Assembly (NCBI RefSeq): GCF_964355755.1
Contig: NC_092672.1
Span: forward strand, 30,882,437 to 30,946,436
DNA length: 64,000 bases
Direction of reading: 5' to 3'
Source of the DNA: Antedon mediterranea
Lineage: Eukaryota > Animalia > Echinodermata
The notes below the pieces were generated by a model that worked only from the letters and a program-made list of their open reading frames with translations, did no database searches and had not been told where the DNA came from. A program made the translations under genes and the position numbers. Position 1 is the first letter of the stretch; every line of letters begins with the position of its first letter. Of this stretch, positions 48,901-63,169 are shown piece after piece.

Positions 48901-50514
48901 ATAAAAGTACTCTTTCAACAAAGGAAAGGTTGTCGCATTTTTTATGACGTTCAACAAACAACTCAATGTTTAAATCATACCTAGCTCCACCTGGTCCACC
49001 TAAACCATTAAGCATTTGTTTTTGTAATTGCCCAATAGTAAAAAGGACATGGAACCTCATCCGGGAAAAAATTTCAGAAAAAAAAATGTATTGCAATTTA
49101 TTTTTAGTGAAGAGAGCATAATTTCGGATACCAAGATGCGCATCAGTAAATTTAAAAGCCAATAACGAAATTATTCTAATAGTAAAATCATGTATTTACA
49201 AATGTAAACTAGTTAAATGTAGGCCTAAGCCAACTATCAAAATGAACGAGTTGAAAAGGTTTTACGAAACGGAAAAATGTATTTATCATTTTGAATTTTA
49301 AGGGTATTATTTTTAATACAAAAAGGATACAATTAGAAACATTTATAAATCAAATATTAAATTGTTAGAGATAAATAACTTTTATGAACCTTTGTTTAAT
49401 TTATAAGGAGATGGATATCTATGTTTTTTATGTTTGCTTTTAATTTTGTTATGTTTTTATTTGTAATGTCTTGTATGATGAAATAACAAAAAAGAATAAT
49501 TGTTACTATTATATAGTTTTTAGTTAATATATTATTATATATATAGTTTTTATTGTTTATATAACATTTAAATTTAGGTATAGCAATTATACAGTTTATT
49601 TTGAAGTAATAAAACCTTAACAATTGTACAATACGTAATTGCATCTCTCGTGAGAGGTTTCCATAACTTACATGCAATTTAGAAAATTTAGAAGAAAAAA
49701 ACATATTATCGCATTTAAAGATCTATTATAGTTTACTAACGATAACGATGAAAAACTATGACAGTTCGTGTTTCACGTTAAACATAATACGTTTTTAAAA
49801 CATTTTTAATGCAAATGAAATGCCACAAGTGACTTCAATTTGATTATTGAGAATGAAAGTGTTTCTAGAAGAGGAAAGTTTAAAATTTGATAGTGTATGA
49901 GCATGCTTGATGTTGATATTCGCCATTTGGTAGATGGACTCTGAGAAAGAATTTGGAGTTATCTTTTAGGTTTGGAAGGAAAAGTTGATTTATTAAGTAT
50001 AATTTCAAACTTTTTATCTCTTTCCCTATTAAAAAAAAAAGCACTGGGTTCTATAAAAACACACAAGCCAAAAACGTTTAACTGGACCTTCGGTTTTAAC
50101 TTGTTCTACAACAGAACAACTCGCGGAGAGACTTGAACTAATGCCGATGCTATAATGGCTTTATTTGCGCTCCTGCCGTAACAACTCGATTCGACGCTCG
50201 GCCACTCACAATTTTGCTTTCGAAAATATGTGTGTAACACACACATGAAAAAGTAACAAGGATCTCAATGGAAAAAAAAAGCAAAAAGCTAAATCAAAAC
50301 GATAATCAGTCAAAAATATTGTCAGAGCTTTCAGACAACACTCATGCCCTTCATCTGTTATTTATGTTATGGAAAACAAATAAGAGTTTCGTCCTAATAA
50401 ATATAAACAAACTATATAAAAATATAGACACAGTTAAATATATCAAATTTACGGTTACTCACCTTTGAGTGATGATACTAACGTAACCATAAAAAGAAAA
50501 CACAACGAAAACAT
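42986..50514 (-). CDS. Secreted PAN/apple + FReD protein, copy B
   Basis: Exons 50463-50514 (MFSLCFLFMVTLVSSLKG), 46969-47219 (PAN), 45705-45836, 45196-45451 and terminal exon 42986-43233 (MKFSTTDQDND..GAWWFKQC..WKGND..MKLRRKSY). Internal exon lengths match copy A (251/132/256 nt). No stops. Confidence 0.88.
44119..44898. repeat. 85-bp minisatellite, about 9 copies, in the last intron of FReD gene B
   Basis: GATGTCTAGATAC recurs at 44631, 44716, 44801 and 44886, a period of 85. Confidence 0.92.
46159..46737. mobile_element. Kolobok-like MITE
   Basis: TTAA|AGCTCAGGTACAGGCA ... TGCCCGTACCTGGCCT|TTAA. Confidence 0.6.
48285..48572 (+). mobile_element. CR1 LINE 3' end
   Basis: TRGHHLRFFK..RRHTFSQRVINHWNSLP.DVV...NTFKNRID, then a short UTR and an (AACTA)n tail. 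Confidence 0.85.
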
Positions 50515-52582
50515 TGTCAATGTCAACTTTAGATTTTACTTCAAATGAGTGATATCTACCAGTATTCCGTCGTTGTGTCTTTACCTGCAGATGTTATCGA
50601 CTGTTTTGATCTACATAATGGCATTTGTATTAGTACTTATATAGACTTGCTCCAAAACTGTATTTATTTTTATTTTTCATGTTAGTCCAGCAGTCGATGT
50701 TGCGGGCGGTGTGTAAATATGAATTTCGAATCAACAAATGATCAAACGGACGTCATTTAAAACTAACCAACTGTATTATGAAAATTATCGTGGTACGCAA
50801 ACGTCAATAAAACAATGTAAGGATAGGGCCTTGGCTATAGTCATTTCCTAGATAGGGACCTGAACAGCCGTCATTGTTCCTAGACCTCACTGGGTACGGT
50901 ATGTCCAAGTCTAGAAAACGTATAGGCCACAATACATGTAGTTTAACTCTTCAATCAATCTTATGAATCCAGATATAATATTCCTAGGGACATGAACAAC
51001 CATCATTATCCCTAGACTTAATTGGGTAAGGTATTCTAAATCTACAAAACGTAGGCCTATAGGCCACAGTACATCAATCTTATGAGTCCAGATATAATAG
51101 TATAGGCCTACCTTGAATAATTTAAAACTGAAAATCCAATCGTCGTCGTTGTTTTGGTATGGTGCAAATCTGTGGAATGTCTAACGTGGAAGAATAATAG
51201 TCGAAGTTGCATAAAAATGCCAATCGGCTGATACAACTTTAAGTTTTGTTCCGTTGAGTTTTAGAGTTAGAATAGGCTTATTATATGACATGCATCTTTA
51301 AGCTTGGAGCTAATATAACCAATGTTCACCATAGATAAACCTTAGTCTAGACCAGGCTAAATCAAAATGTTGGCGATAACAAAAAACAAACTATTTATAA
51401 GACCTAATTTAAATTCGGATTCGGATCACGAATTTGGTTTCGGTTATTGACTTCTTTTACCGACCCGGCGGAGGTCGCAGCATTCTCATTGCACTTATTA
51501 TTACCAAAATTCTCCATATTCAAATGTACTCCTCTTTTTTACATATTTTTTAACACATAATTAATGTTTATAAATTAACGATAATACAAATATAGGCCTA
51601 CATTATGTTACGAACGAAAAAAGGATGTATAACTGTACATTTTTTAAATAGAAAGAAACACATTGTTATATGCTTATTTTATTTCAAAGTGATCTAAATA
51701 TGAAAAGATTTAATCAAATAATGTTGTTATTATTACATAACAATTATATAATATAATTCATATACAATTAGAAAAAAAAACAAATTATGTAATAAAGTCT
51801 CACATACAGCATATGTGTGCTTGTGGTGCCGGTATTCTATGTTAATTGGTCTTTATGACATATGACACAGGCGTCACATTTGATACTTATGTAGCCATGT
51901 ATCACATAATTTGCTTATACTGTAATACTTTGGACACATAAAGTATCCAAAGACGTGGATTCTCAAAACTATCTTCTATATTTTTCTTTAAATTACAGTT
52001 TATTAGATTTTTATTTTGTCTTAAAACAATACAAAAATATACAGACGACATACAAACATATGGATCCAAGAGGATTCAAAAATGTTAAAATTCTGAAACA
52101 GATTTTAAAAAGTTAAAATCCATACATGTACAATAAATTAGAAAAATTTTAAAATTCAGTAAAAATGATCAGGTAAATAATTTTTTTTAGAACCAATTTC
52201 CCTTTAAATTAGAAAAATTATTAAAATAGCCTTTTCAGAAAGTATATCATTATTTTTGGGAAACAATATATCTTTCAGACCAAAGGTAAACCCTCTTTGA
52301 CTCCTAATAAATCTATTGGTGATGCCACATACTTGATTAATAAAACATCATAAACAACTTTATAAAGTGCGTTCAGTGCCTCAGTGGTCAATTAGAATAC
52401 ATGTTTACTTTACATAATAATCTGTTTATTACTGCTTTCAATCTAAATATGTGCTGGAAAACAAAATATTATTTGTTTTAATAACTACAATTTATAGAGG
52501 GCGACGCTCTTTAAGTCAACGAATGAGCTAACATTACCATGGGCCAGCCGCAGTGGCATTGTTTGTGCTCAACGTAGAATTA

Positions 52583-53533
52583 TGGAACGCCGTTTACGCA
52601 ACATTTCGATTATATGAATTTCATGACGCGTTATGTGAATGAAATGCATCGATATGAATTGAATGGCGCGAATGAAATGTGTTGAATTGAATGCTTCGAA
52701 TTGAATATTTTGAATGAAATGTTTTAAATGAAATGTTTTGAATAAAAATGTTTTGAATAAAATGTTTTGAATGAAATGTTTTGAATGAAATGTTTTGAAT
52801 TGAATGTTTTGAATAAAATGTTTTGAATGAAAGGTTTTGAATGAAATGTTTTGAACGAAATGTTTTGAATGAAATGTTTTGAATGAAATGTTTTGAACGA
52901 AATGTTTTGAATGAAATGTTTTGAATGAAATGTTTTGAATGAAATGTTTTGAATGAAATGTTTTGAATTGAATGTTTTGAATAAAATGTTTTGAATGAAA
53001 GGTTTTAACCTGCGTACTCTTATCTCCTTTCCACGCTGCCTTTACAGAGAATCCTAACAGACCTGGGTTTGGAAATATGCATTCCACTGTTTCAGGTCTG
53101 TTAGGATTCTCTGTAAAGGATCCATATTGATGACAGCGTGGAAAGGAGATCAGGGTACCCAGGCTTAGGCATAAGAGATTGAGAAAAAAATCGCAAGCGG
53201 GAATGACATACGCCACCAATAGTTTGACTTTTTCAATTCAATTCACACATTTCATTCAAAACATTTCATTCAAAACATGTCATTCAAAACATTTCATTCA
53301 AAACATTTCGTTCAAAACAATTTATTCAAAACATTTCATTCAAAACATTTCATTCAAAACATTTTATTCAAAACATTTTATTCAAAACATTTCATTCAAA
53401 ACATTCAATTCAAAGCATTCAATTCAAAACATTTCATTCATATATCGCGTCATTCAATTCATATCGATGCATTTCATTCTCATATCGCGTCATAAAATTC
53501 ATATCATCGAAATGTTGCGTAAACGGCGTTCCA
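52583..53533. mobile_element. Foldback element with long inverted arms carrying 14-bp tandem repeats; TA TSD
   Basis: TA|TGGAACGCCGTTTACGCAACATTTCGAT ... ATCGAAATGTTGCGTAAACGGCGTTCCA|TA. (GAATGAAATGTTTT)n on the left and its reverse complement on the right. Confidence 0.85.
53006..53166. mobile_element. Small palindromic MITE nested in the foldback spacer
   Basis: ATCTCCTTTCCACGCTG / CAGCGTGGAAAGGAGAT and ACAGAGAATCCTAACAGACCTG / CAGGTCTGTTAGGATTCTCTGT inverted pairs. Confidence 0.75.
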
Positions 53534-54154
53534 TATAGAATGGTATATAACGCTTACTAAAATATCTCCTTACTTATGATGAAACATGTGCATAGGTGTG
53601 TTAGATTGCATTAGTTAATGTAATTTACCAAACAAATGAATTTTTAATCTAAACCGGATATAGCCTGCCCTCTATACTATTGAACAGTAAACTAATGCAA
53701 CTTTCTAAGCTAAAAGTTGAACTTTCTAACGAAACTGTAGGTATTTTGTATTGAATGTATTTGACTCTGCATAAGTTTTCAGTGTATATTATATGTATCA
53801 AATTTATGAACAATCAGTTCCCGAATAGGGCTAGACATGTTATGAATTATAATAATATTTGTTTCAGCCCCTGACAAATTGATAACGCTCGCCTCACAAT
53901 GGTGGCGCTGTTTGCAAAATATTAAATTGATTAATTCAAACTGAGCATAAAAATTCTCGAACCTTTTTTTCTTATATTTTCTATATTATTTTCAATGTAA
54001 TTTCTACTGTACTGATAGTGTATCTTCATAGAATTTATAATTATGGTTGATGGCAAACGTGCCATGTTTAATGGCTCAAAATAGTTAAACTTATACTTGA
54101 CATGCACGTATGCCTAGTGACCTCTATGATTTCCTACGCATTGCAATCGCAAAC

Positions 54155-57100
54155 TTATGTTCTTCTCAGTTTCATACTTGCCCGATAATATTGCTTAGTA
54201 GACTCGATGTCTGTCCACATGATGCCTCTATAATATGGTTTTACATAAAATTTACCGTTTAGGTTTGAATAGAGGCAATCGTTGAACCACCAGCCGCCCG
54301 AATATTTTATAGCACATTCACCATAAGCCCAGTTGTCATTGTCTTGATCTTTTGTTGAAAATTTCACTCTTTTGTGGTTTGTAAAAGAGTCGCCTATAAT
54401 AGACATTTGATAGGTAAACGTTAGCTTAATAACGCTGGCTTACAGTATTTAAAAATACATGGAATTCTATTTAATTAAGTGTCTTATCCGAGCTGGATGT
54501 AGAAGTGCATGACACAACCACGTATCTAAAGTGTATGGTTGCCATTCCATTGGTTGATTTAACATCACATTTCGTGCAATGTTTTATCTCATTCCATCTA
54601 AAGACATGCCTATTGCACGTTCGCCTTTAGTAAAACATTTGGAAATGGCCAGCGCAGCAGGCCCGCCTGAATAACTTATGAAAGGAAACCCGTCACACTA
54701 CTACTGTGGAGCGCATAGTGGGTTGACATTGCTCTACTCCCACGCTGAATTGTTGATGGATGATGATGGAAGCGGCTGGTTGAAACTTTTTCTAGAACAG
54801 TACACTAGTAGGTGTGTTATAATGTTTATTCATTGATAGGGGAAGATTTTCAAGAGTTGAAATCTATTTTGTCAACTCATTTTGTTCATATCATACTAAT
54901 AGAAGCCAGAAGAAAATGTTTTCACTAACAAGCTTTAAAGTCTAATTATATTTTCTATATTCCAAATTACATCGCAATAATTTACTTTTCTTACCCGTTT
55001 ACTTACTGGTTCGTACATACCTTTGTTGCCAGCTATAAAGGATAAAAAGTCCATAACGTATTTTTTATCCTCGGATCCAACAGTGAAGTTAGAATACACA
55101 GCAAACCATCCCTTGTCCCCAAAATCAATCCGCAGATCATACGTAGCCGATGACGTCAGTTGATGAAGGTATTCGTTTCCCAACCAGTATTCACCGCAAA
55201 CTTCACCAAAACCATTTTTATAATCTTCCCACATACGATGAAAATCAACGGATCCATCATTCCGATTCTGGATGACCTGCAAAACATTTGCTAAAATCAT
55301 AACCACCTCAATTTTAAATTAAAATAAATTAACTCAAGAATTATGCGACTAGTATATCTATGTGATGGCGCTAGTTACTCGCCGTTATGCCTGATTAATC
55401 AATAGAATGACGTATGCATAAAACTTAAAAGTAGACTTCCCCCAGTCTGTATTTATTGTCTTTTTTATACTAGTCCACCAGCCGACGTTCCGGTTTTTGT
55501 CTGAAAATACAAGCTCAAGTAGTATACGTATAAAACGCCATATGTGCCAAAAATCTTTATATTTTTACTAATATTAAGTCCAACTCCGTCTGGAACCCAG
55601 ACTAGCATAAACGGTATAGATATATAGAAAGATGGGTACACACAGTACAATTTCGGATACCGTTAGACCAGTGTATGTAAACTGATGCAATTAACACTAC
55701 ATGCCACCGTAAAGTACGGGTGAATTTAAGTAATATTTTTGTTACTTTTTCCAGGAAAGAGTGAAAGTACTCTTTCACTCTTCCCTGCTTTTCTTTTCGA
55801 ATGGTAAACGAGAGCACACTTACAGTATATAACAATCTTAAGTACAGTTATTGTTTCCATTTGTTTGGTTTGATTTCAAAATTGGTCATTTCGTTTCATT
55901 TTACCGATAATCTGTTACGTAGGCTACATTCTGTACTAATACGTATGTTTCCGTATACTATAGGCCTACACTTATTATAAGCACTGCATAGATCCATAAT
56001 ATATATAATAACCGTCTGAGCAGCATAGCTATACTTACCGTCTATCCACCGCCACCAGTCTCCATATCACAAAACACTTCTTTGATTTCGCATGATTTAC
56101 ACACCTTGATCACATAGACACCGCTTTGTGCTGTTGGTAACACACTTTTAACTTCTGTACAATCGCGATACTATAGAGACAAACCAAAATGAGAATATAA
56201 TTGTAAATTTACGAAAGCGTCTAAGTGCCATCCACTTTGCAATTTGTCAAGATAATGTATCTGGTCAAATCAACATAAATATGACTAGATTAACCACTGC
56301 TATCCTACATACATCCATGGATTAAGGAATAGAAGGATATGCATCAGTTTGAGATAAAAGCTTCCATGACTCTAGCCGACAGAGGACCGCCCACAATGTT
56401 ACAAAATAAACACAGTTCAATTAACAGTCGTTAACAACGAAACGGTCGCGTGCCTAATATATTGTTACTGCACATATTTAAAACAACCTTTAAACTTGGT
56501 GGCTATGCTTTCGCGCGCTCTTATCTTGCTGGCGTGATTAATAGTTTATATTTTTAGCGCTAGCGAACGAACACAACTGTATACGACGAATTTAATATAA
56601 CTTTCTGAATTCAATTAATTAAACGATCTCCAATAAATATTACAAGATTATTAATAAATGTAATTACCAAATTAAGTACAAAATTGTTTGTAAATTGTAG
56701 TACACTTTGGGTTTAAACATTTTGCCATGTTCGAAATCTTCCGCGATTGATCTACGCTAATGTTTTTATGACACCCTTAAAGTAGCATTTTAGGACCTGT
56801 AGTAACCCTACATCTGAGACACCAAGTATTTGTTGTCTCAGCCTACATGTAAAATTACAAAATCAGCAAGAATACTATGCCCAGCCCTTCTAGGCTTACT
56901 AGTAAACTCTATGATTTGCCAAACATTGATATAGTCATAGGTAGGCCTATTGGTAGGCTAATCTTAATTGTAGTAGCTACACTGCGTGTAATCATGACCT
57001 GTATACTCATCGTTGTCTACTTCTTGTGAGAATAATAATACAATAATAGACAAGGTACTTTTATGCTTTCGTTTGCCTTGCGTCTACTTTTCAAAACGAA

Positions 57101-60100
57101 ACGAGCGCTAGAGAGTAGTAGAGTCAATGGTGACGTATCGCAACTATAGATATCCAGCCAATCCCGGATCAGGAATCACAGTTTTCATTTAATTAGGCCC
57201 GGTGATTGGATGTTATGTGGATGACATAACCACTAGCCTGGTACTAAAATTTAAATATAATCATATCGATAATTAAGGAGATTGATGAAGAAACCACTGC
57301 TTAGCCATATAGGCCTATTAAAAACACGTTTGTTGTACTTGTGACCAAAAGAACGTACATGGCCAAATGCATAATTTCTTATTCTATAGATTAACGCAAA
57401 TTTTAATGGCAGGAGGTAGCAGACCAATATGATAATTCAAATATAAAAATCGCATATTTTATTACTAGATGGTACGCTCGCTTCGCTCGCGTACCATCTA
57501 GTATTCGTGTCCACAGATGGTTCTCAAATACACAGTAATTTCAGCGTAAATAAAACTGGCGATTTCAAATGCACGACTATAAATACATTGTCGTTTACAG
57601 AAACGAATAAATAGACACGATGATTAATGTAGTCAACTAAAATTAGCACTCTGTGAATTAGGCCTACTTCCGAAGGAGAAAATTGTCCTAAAAATGAGTT
57701 CAAATTTTTTATTTGAACTCATTTAAACAAACCCAATTTGTGTTTTGTATATAACATTAGAGTTGAGAGATGGGAAAGAGGATGAGAAAAACAATTTTTA
57801 AATATATTCTTTATCCACTCAGTAACGAAATATTGTTTTAAATGTTTTATAGGCCTATCAATAATATAACACTAAACACAGTAAAACATTTACGATTTAA
57901 TACTTTTTTTAAACTGTCCCTGTTATAGTAAATAGTAAAGTACATGTAACGACACACCACTACGACGTTTATATTTTGTATAATTATTAATTAATACAAA
58001 CGTTGAGAAGCAACTGTCAGTAATAAAGTTTTTATTTGTATATGTATATTTATATGTGTTTATATATCCAGCAGTAGAGCCACCCACAGTCATATTAATA
58101 AATTTTATTTGTACATGTGTTTATATATCGAACAGTAACCACATTCACAGTAAGAAAATTTCGATTCAAATGGCGATCAAAAATGGTTAATACCTATTTA
58201 CAATGTTATTGTCAAAGTATTGCAATACTATATCTCAGTTGTAAGTTTATTCTCCAAGGGTCCATAGATTTACCTACTTGTGTTAAACCAAGGACTCATA
58301 AATTTACCTAAAACAAATTAAGCAAATCAATACATTTGTATAAACGTATATTAAATCTATCAAAACAGTGTTTTTTAAAGAAAATCGGCCTGTCTTCAAC
58401 ATTATACTGGTGCTGTTCAACCGGTTTTCAGCTATTAAAAACAATTATCGTAGGAGGAGATAGGAAAATGTGAAGCATCTCCTCGTATTATTGTGTGCAG
58501 GTATTTTTCAAGAGGACATCCATTAGACAGTGTATACCACGATCGGAAAACACCCCTATGTGGGGGGCAAATCGTTGAACCTAAATTCGTTTTAATTGTC
58601 AATAACTAATTATCTACCTCAATTTAATTAGTAAACAGGGTTACATCAGGTGGTTGTTAGCAGGCCTAATTAAATATTTTAATTTTTAGAAGTTAGTGTA
58701 CCGTATATTTCGGTGTATAAGTCGCACCTGTGTATAATAAGACGCACCCGACCCCTAACTGAGAGTAAAATATCGGTATTTATAATTTTGTATATCGTCG
58801 ATGTATAAGACGGCCGCGCCCAGCCTCAACAAGAAGGGAAGTCCCCCATTCCGTCAGTTCTTTCTAACTTGTTATGAATGAGTTTCGCACCCGCAACATC
58901 GAGTGCATGACCGCACGTGTGTGTGGGCTAGCCTCGCTCGATCCTTTTATCGAGAGGTGCACGTTTTCACGGACAATCGTATTCGATTAGTATCTATGTA
59001 TCCTAGAAGTGTGTACGCTAGGTCTATGCTATAATCAACTGGAGAATATACTAGTCGAATACTGTGTACACAATGTGGTTGCCAAGAAGGGCTCGCTCGC
59101 GCTGGGGGTACGACGGTCGTGCGTATAACTATAATACTATTCCAATCGTAAACGTCGTTTTAAAATGAAATTTTATCAGAGCGCCTAAAACAGCTCCATA
59201 ATGAACAAATCTTTTCATCATATTTAGTACAAAATCACGCTAAAATGCTTTGAAAACTAGCAGGTTGCTGTTACGCTAGTACACTGTAGCTAGGCTTACT
59301 CTTTAGACTTTAGTAATACTAATAGGCCTAGGCCTTACCTTAAAAAGCCCAGGCCTAGCCAACGAGGTGGCGATATCTGTGTGTTGAGGCATTTATGTTC
59401 GGTGTATAAGACGCACCCTTAATTTAGAGGTTAAATTTGCGTGTCAAAAGTGCGATTATACACCGAAATATACGCTACGTTATTATTTTTATTGTTTCAT
59501 CCTCGCACACTCGATTTTTACACCTTTTCGGCCAAAAAAAATCATTAAAAAAACTTTTTTTTAAAGCGCCCTCAACGTAAAAAAAAACTTTTTCTTATTT
59601 CCGCCCCAAATTTTTGGCGAAATTAGGGGCGGCGGATGACAGCAAACAAACTATTTTTTTTTTGGCCTAATGTACACTAATTTGTTACTGAACTATGGAG
59701 AATTTTTTTTTCCGAAATGAAAGATGAATGAATGAATTACCAACTACTTAAAATTACCGGTCGTAAGAAAGTGTACTTTTCCGATTGTGATTGTGATGAA
59801 ATTAAAACAGAATTCTTCAGCAATATATTGTTGTTGTCAATTAATCATCGACGTAGACATGTCAATAGAACAATCAAACTGCGCATACGATTTCTATGGC
59901 TACGTTTTGTTCTCAAAATAGTAATAGTTGATTCGCAGCGTTCTATAGAGGGCCGCGGTTGGAGAAACAGAGTTTGCTTGATTGGCAGCAGTGCTTTAGT
60001 AAAGGCAAGCGCGTCGGAAAATCGTTTGATGTCACCGTCGATGCATATCCTTCTATTCCTTAATCCATGATACATCCTACAGTCGAGGAATCTCCTTATA

Positions 60101-61936
60101 GTACGCATGTTTAATAAGGGATTAGGATTTCAGAGAACTATTTCCCAAAATCAAAGATCATTTTGACAATACCAACAAAGAGCCAGTAATTTAATATTTC
60201 GTGGAGACTAAACTAATTGAAAGTATCTTTATATAAAGTAAAAACATGTAAACATTTCCCTTGAGTTGCTGTTGGCCCCATTTGATCGTTCGGACGGTGT
60301 GATCTTATAATATTATTTTATAGTTACCTTTTCATTTTACATGACGCGATGACTTAGTTCAAGTCTAGAAATAATTCTGCGCATGCTTACAAAAATTTTA
60401 GAAAATTTAATATTACTAGAGAGTGAGCTCGCTTCGCTCACTCCCCCTCTAGGAAGTGTAGACGATGGTTCTCGGAATGATAAAAATGTTCTCCTTGTAC
60501 GTTTTCTGTCGGTTACCATTATTGAAAATGCTTGACATTCGTAAAACTAAACTACTCTGTTTCACAGTGTTTTAGATGATTAATACCATTTTAAAGTATA
60601 GTGTTTATTGTTTGGTAGGGCCCTTTAGGGAGGCGGAGTTCATTTGAGGGGGGTGCTTATTCGAGGGATATATGTTAATTTTTTTAGTTTTAATAATATG
60701 GTAACATTTATAATCAAATGAAATCCTCTAATAGATATGAAAAGTGGTAAAAAAGAATAACAAATGCTTGGTAAATTGTAGATAACAGTGAGATGAATTA
60801 TTATTCAAAGTGATGTTTTATTGGAGAGGCGTTTATTCAAATAAATACCATCCTAATAATTATTAATACATTATTTAATTTAAACATCTTTTGAAACTAA
60901 CCGCCGTGATAGAGTGGGCCCAAGAAAGAAGACATTACGGCTTGCAACATGGGCAGACATCTCGGTCCTAACGGGACACAGATAGCCTACAGTTATTCCT
61001 GCCAGCTTACTCAATCAACTATCGGGATTTCACTCGATTTTAAACAAAATGTCTTATCATCAAATCTCCTGATGTAATTCTATAATATTATTTCCCACAA
61101 TATATTCCGGTTCTTTATGGCCTATATTTAATTTGGTCTTTATTAATTTGCAATATAATTTTTATTTTTTAACTACTGTACCTACACACACGCGCGGTCC
61201 GTTCCTAAAATAAACAAAAAACTGAAATGGCTATGCAACTTAAGCTCCAGTCCTACTATCGGGTTTTTTTTTTTCTTCCTTCTTCCTAAGGGACACTGTA
61301 TTGATTGATGGAAATTGCCTGTGTCAGCTTTAGGGTCAAATCTATTATTTTAACTGCTCCCTTGTGTATAAAAGAGAGAAAATAGTTGAAACCAGGTTGT
61401 TGCAAGGTGAACCCGGAAATTACTTTGACCCGCGAAGAATTGAAATTGAGTTGAAAATCTACTGTTGAAATCATATAAATTTTGTTAAAAAACGCTTTAT
61501 AATATCTTCCTAAGATAGAAATATGGAACAATAGCGTCGATGTGAAAACTAATGTTATCAAATCTACGTTTCGCTGTACATCTGAGATAGATAAGGTAGG
61601 AATCCAAGGCGGAGATTTGTACCGAAGTTTTTGCATTGTACTCGCCTATGTCAGAATTAACCATAATTTATATATATATACTAACGTGGATGACAGATAA
61701 AGTGACTGTCATTGGACAATATCCTTCCGGGCGTTTGTACTTGACATCATCTGCGTATAGTCTGCAGGTGCGACTTGTTGCATCATACACCACGTGACTA
61801 CAAGTTTTTGCAAAGCTGTGACATCGTTTTACACATGCAATCCTCGTCTTTACGTAAGACCACTCCAATACGGAATCAGTAAAGTCTATGTCAAGCTCTG
61901 TAGATGATGTTTGCAGATATCGCAAACATGAGGGCC
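54155..61936 (-). pseudogene. PAN + FReD copy C with a premature stop (GGGW to GGG*)
   Basis: Exons 61686-61936 (PAN), 56039-56170, 55021-55276 and 54155-54393 have intact splice sites. The conserved TGG reads TAG at 56042-56044. No signal-peptide exon was found within the window. Confidence 0.8.
58701..59475. mobile_element. pogo/Tigger-like non-autonomous element
   Basis: TA|CCGTATATTTCGGTGTATAAGTCGCAC ... GTGCGATTATACACCGAAATATACGC|TA, with internal GTATAAGACGCACC subterminal repeats. Confidence 0.8.
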
Positions 61937-62317
61937 CTGTGAATTTATAAAATGTAATTCATTGAAAATTTACGAGAAATTAAATAACAGTATTGACTGA
62001 CTGGGTACATACGGGTTAAAATGTCGAAAATTCTTTAACTAAAATAGAATAAACCCGAATACCACATACAAGTTTAATAATCAATGGACTGGCCATGTAA
62101 TGCTTAGAATTTGCTTTTGAAGGGAAAAAAGTGTTCGCACTTTTTGATAACCTTTCGTATTTTTTATAAGGTTTTCGTATTTGGTAATAACTGCTGTCAC
62201 AAAAGTTTTCGCACTAATTATTAAAGTGTTCACACTTTGTATTAACGTGTGGCATTTTGTAAAAACTGCAGGTGTTTTTGTAATAACCTCTCGTAAATTT
62301 GTAATAACCCCACGCAT

Positions 62318-62403
62318 TTGTAGTCGTGTGCAATGGTTGGTCGGTCGGTCGGTCAGTAAACACTAGCTTGAGCACGCGACTACAGCCATGTATATGGCCT
62401 TGT
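62318..62403 (+). mobile_element. End fragment of the HINE-like family, opposite orientation to 4732/5360
   Basis: GGTCGGTCGGTCAGTAAACACTAGCTTGAGCACGCGACTACAGCCATGTATATGGCCTTGT is a close reverse complement of about 4733-4800. Confidence 0.7.
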
Positions 62404-63169
62404 CTTCAATAACTGCTGTCGCATATTCTTATAACTGTAATAAAGTTGTAATACTTTGTAATAACCTGTTACACTTTTTAATACTTTTAATGAAAAACAT
62501 AATAATTTAAACTTGTTTCTCTCATAATGCCTTTTCGTACTACACAATGACCGATATCATTGATCACACTTTCGATTGAAGAGAATTGTGCACATTCCCC
62601 TTTAACTTTAACATAAGATTGAAACTTCAATATCTCAATACAATATTATAGTACACTAACATAATAATATTCTAAAAGTTAAATTTTAAACGAAACAGTT
62701 ACAACAATTTTAATATGCTGGAAAAACCAATAACTTCAAATAATATAGTTAATTGTTGTTACATAATATAAATATATTGCTATAACAAAGTTAATATAAA
62801 AACACAATTGCTAGAGTCCAATTGTAGATAAGGCTTTTATACTAATATTATACTTATACTAAAACTCATTAAAATAGAATTTCCTGTAGTCTGCTTTGTA
62901 CAGGAAAATGTCAATACATAAATATATTCAGTAGGCCATAAAATGTAATTATAAGATTTAAAATGAGTGTAAGAAAATATAATATTGAGAGAGAACAAAA
63001 CAAATTATTTATTTTTACCAAAAACTAGGTTAGATTTTGCATTGTTGTTAATAACAATTTTATTAGGCTTATTTATTTAAATTAATCGTTACAATAGTAC
63101 ATATCTATCACTAGAAGCAAACCAGTGAGTTTGTCTAACTGAAAATGCACGCTACATACAAAATATAAA

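Noticed and set aside
52569-53538. Long ORFs with FKTFHSKHFIQNI repeats
   Set aside because: Translation artefact of a stop-free 14-bp tandem repeat in a foldback element.
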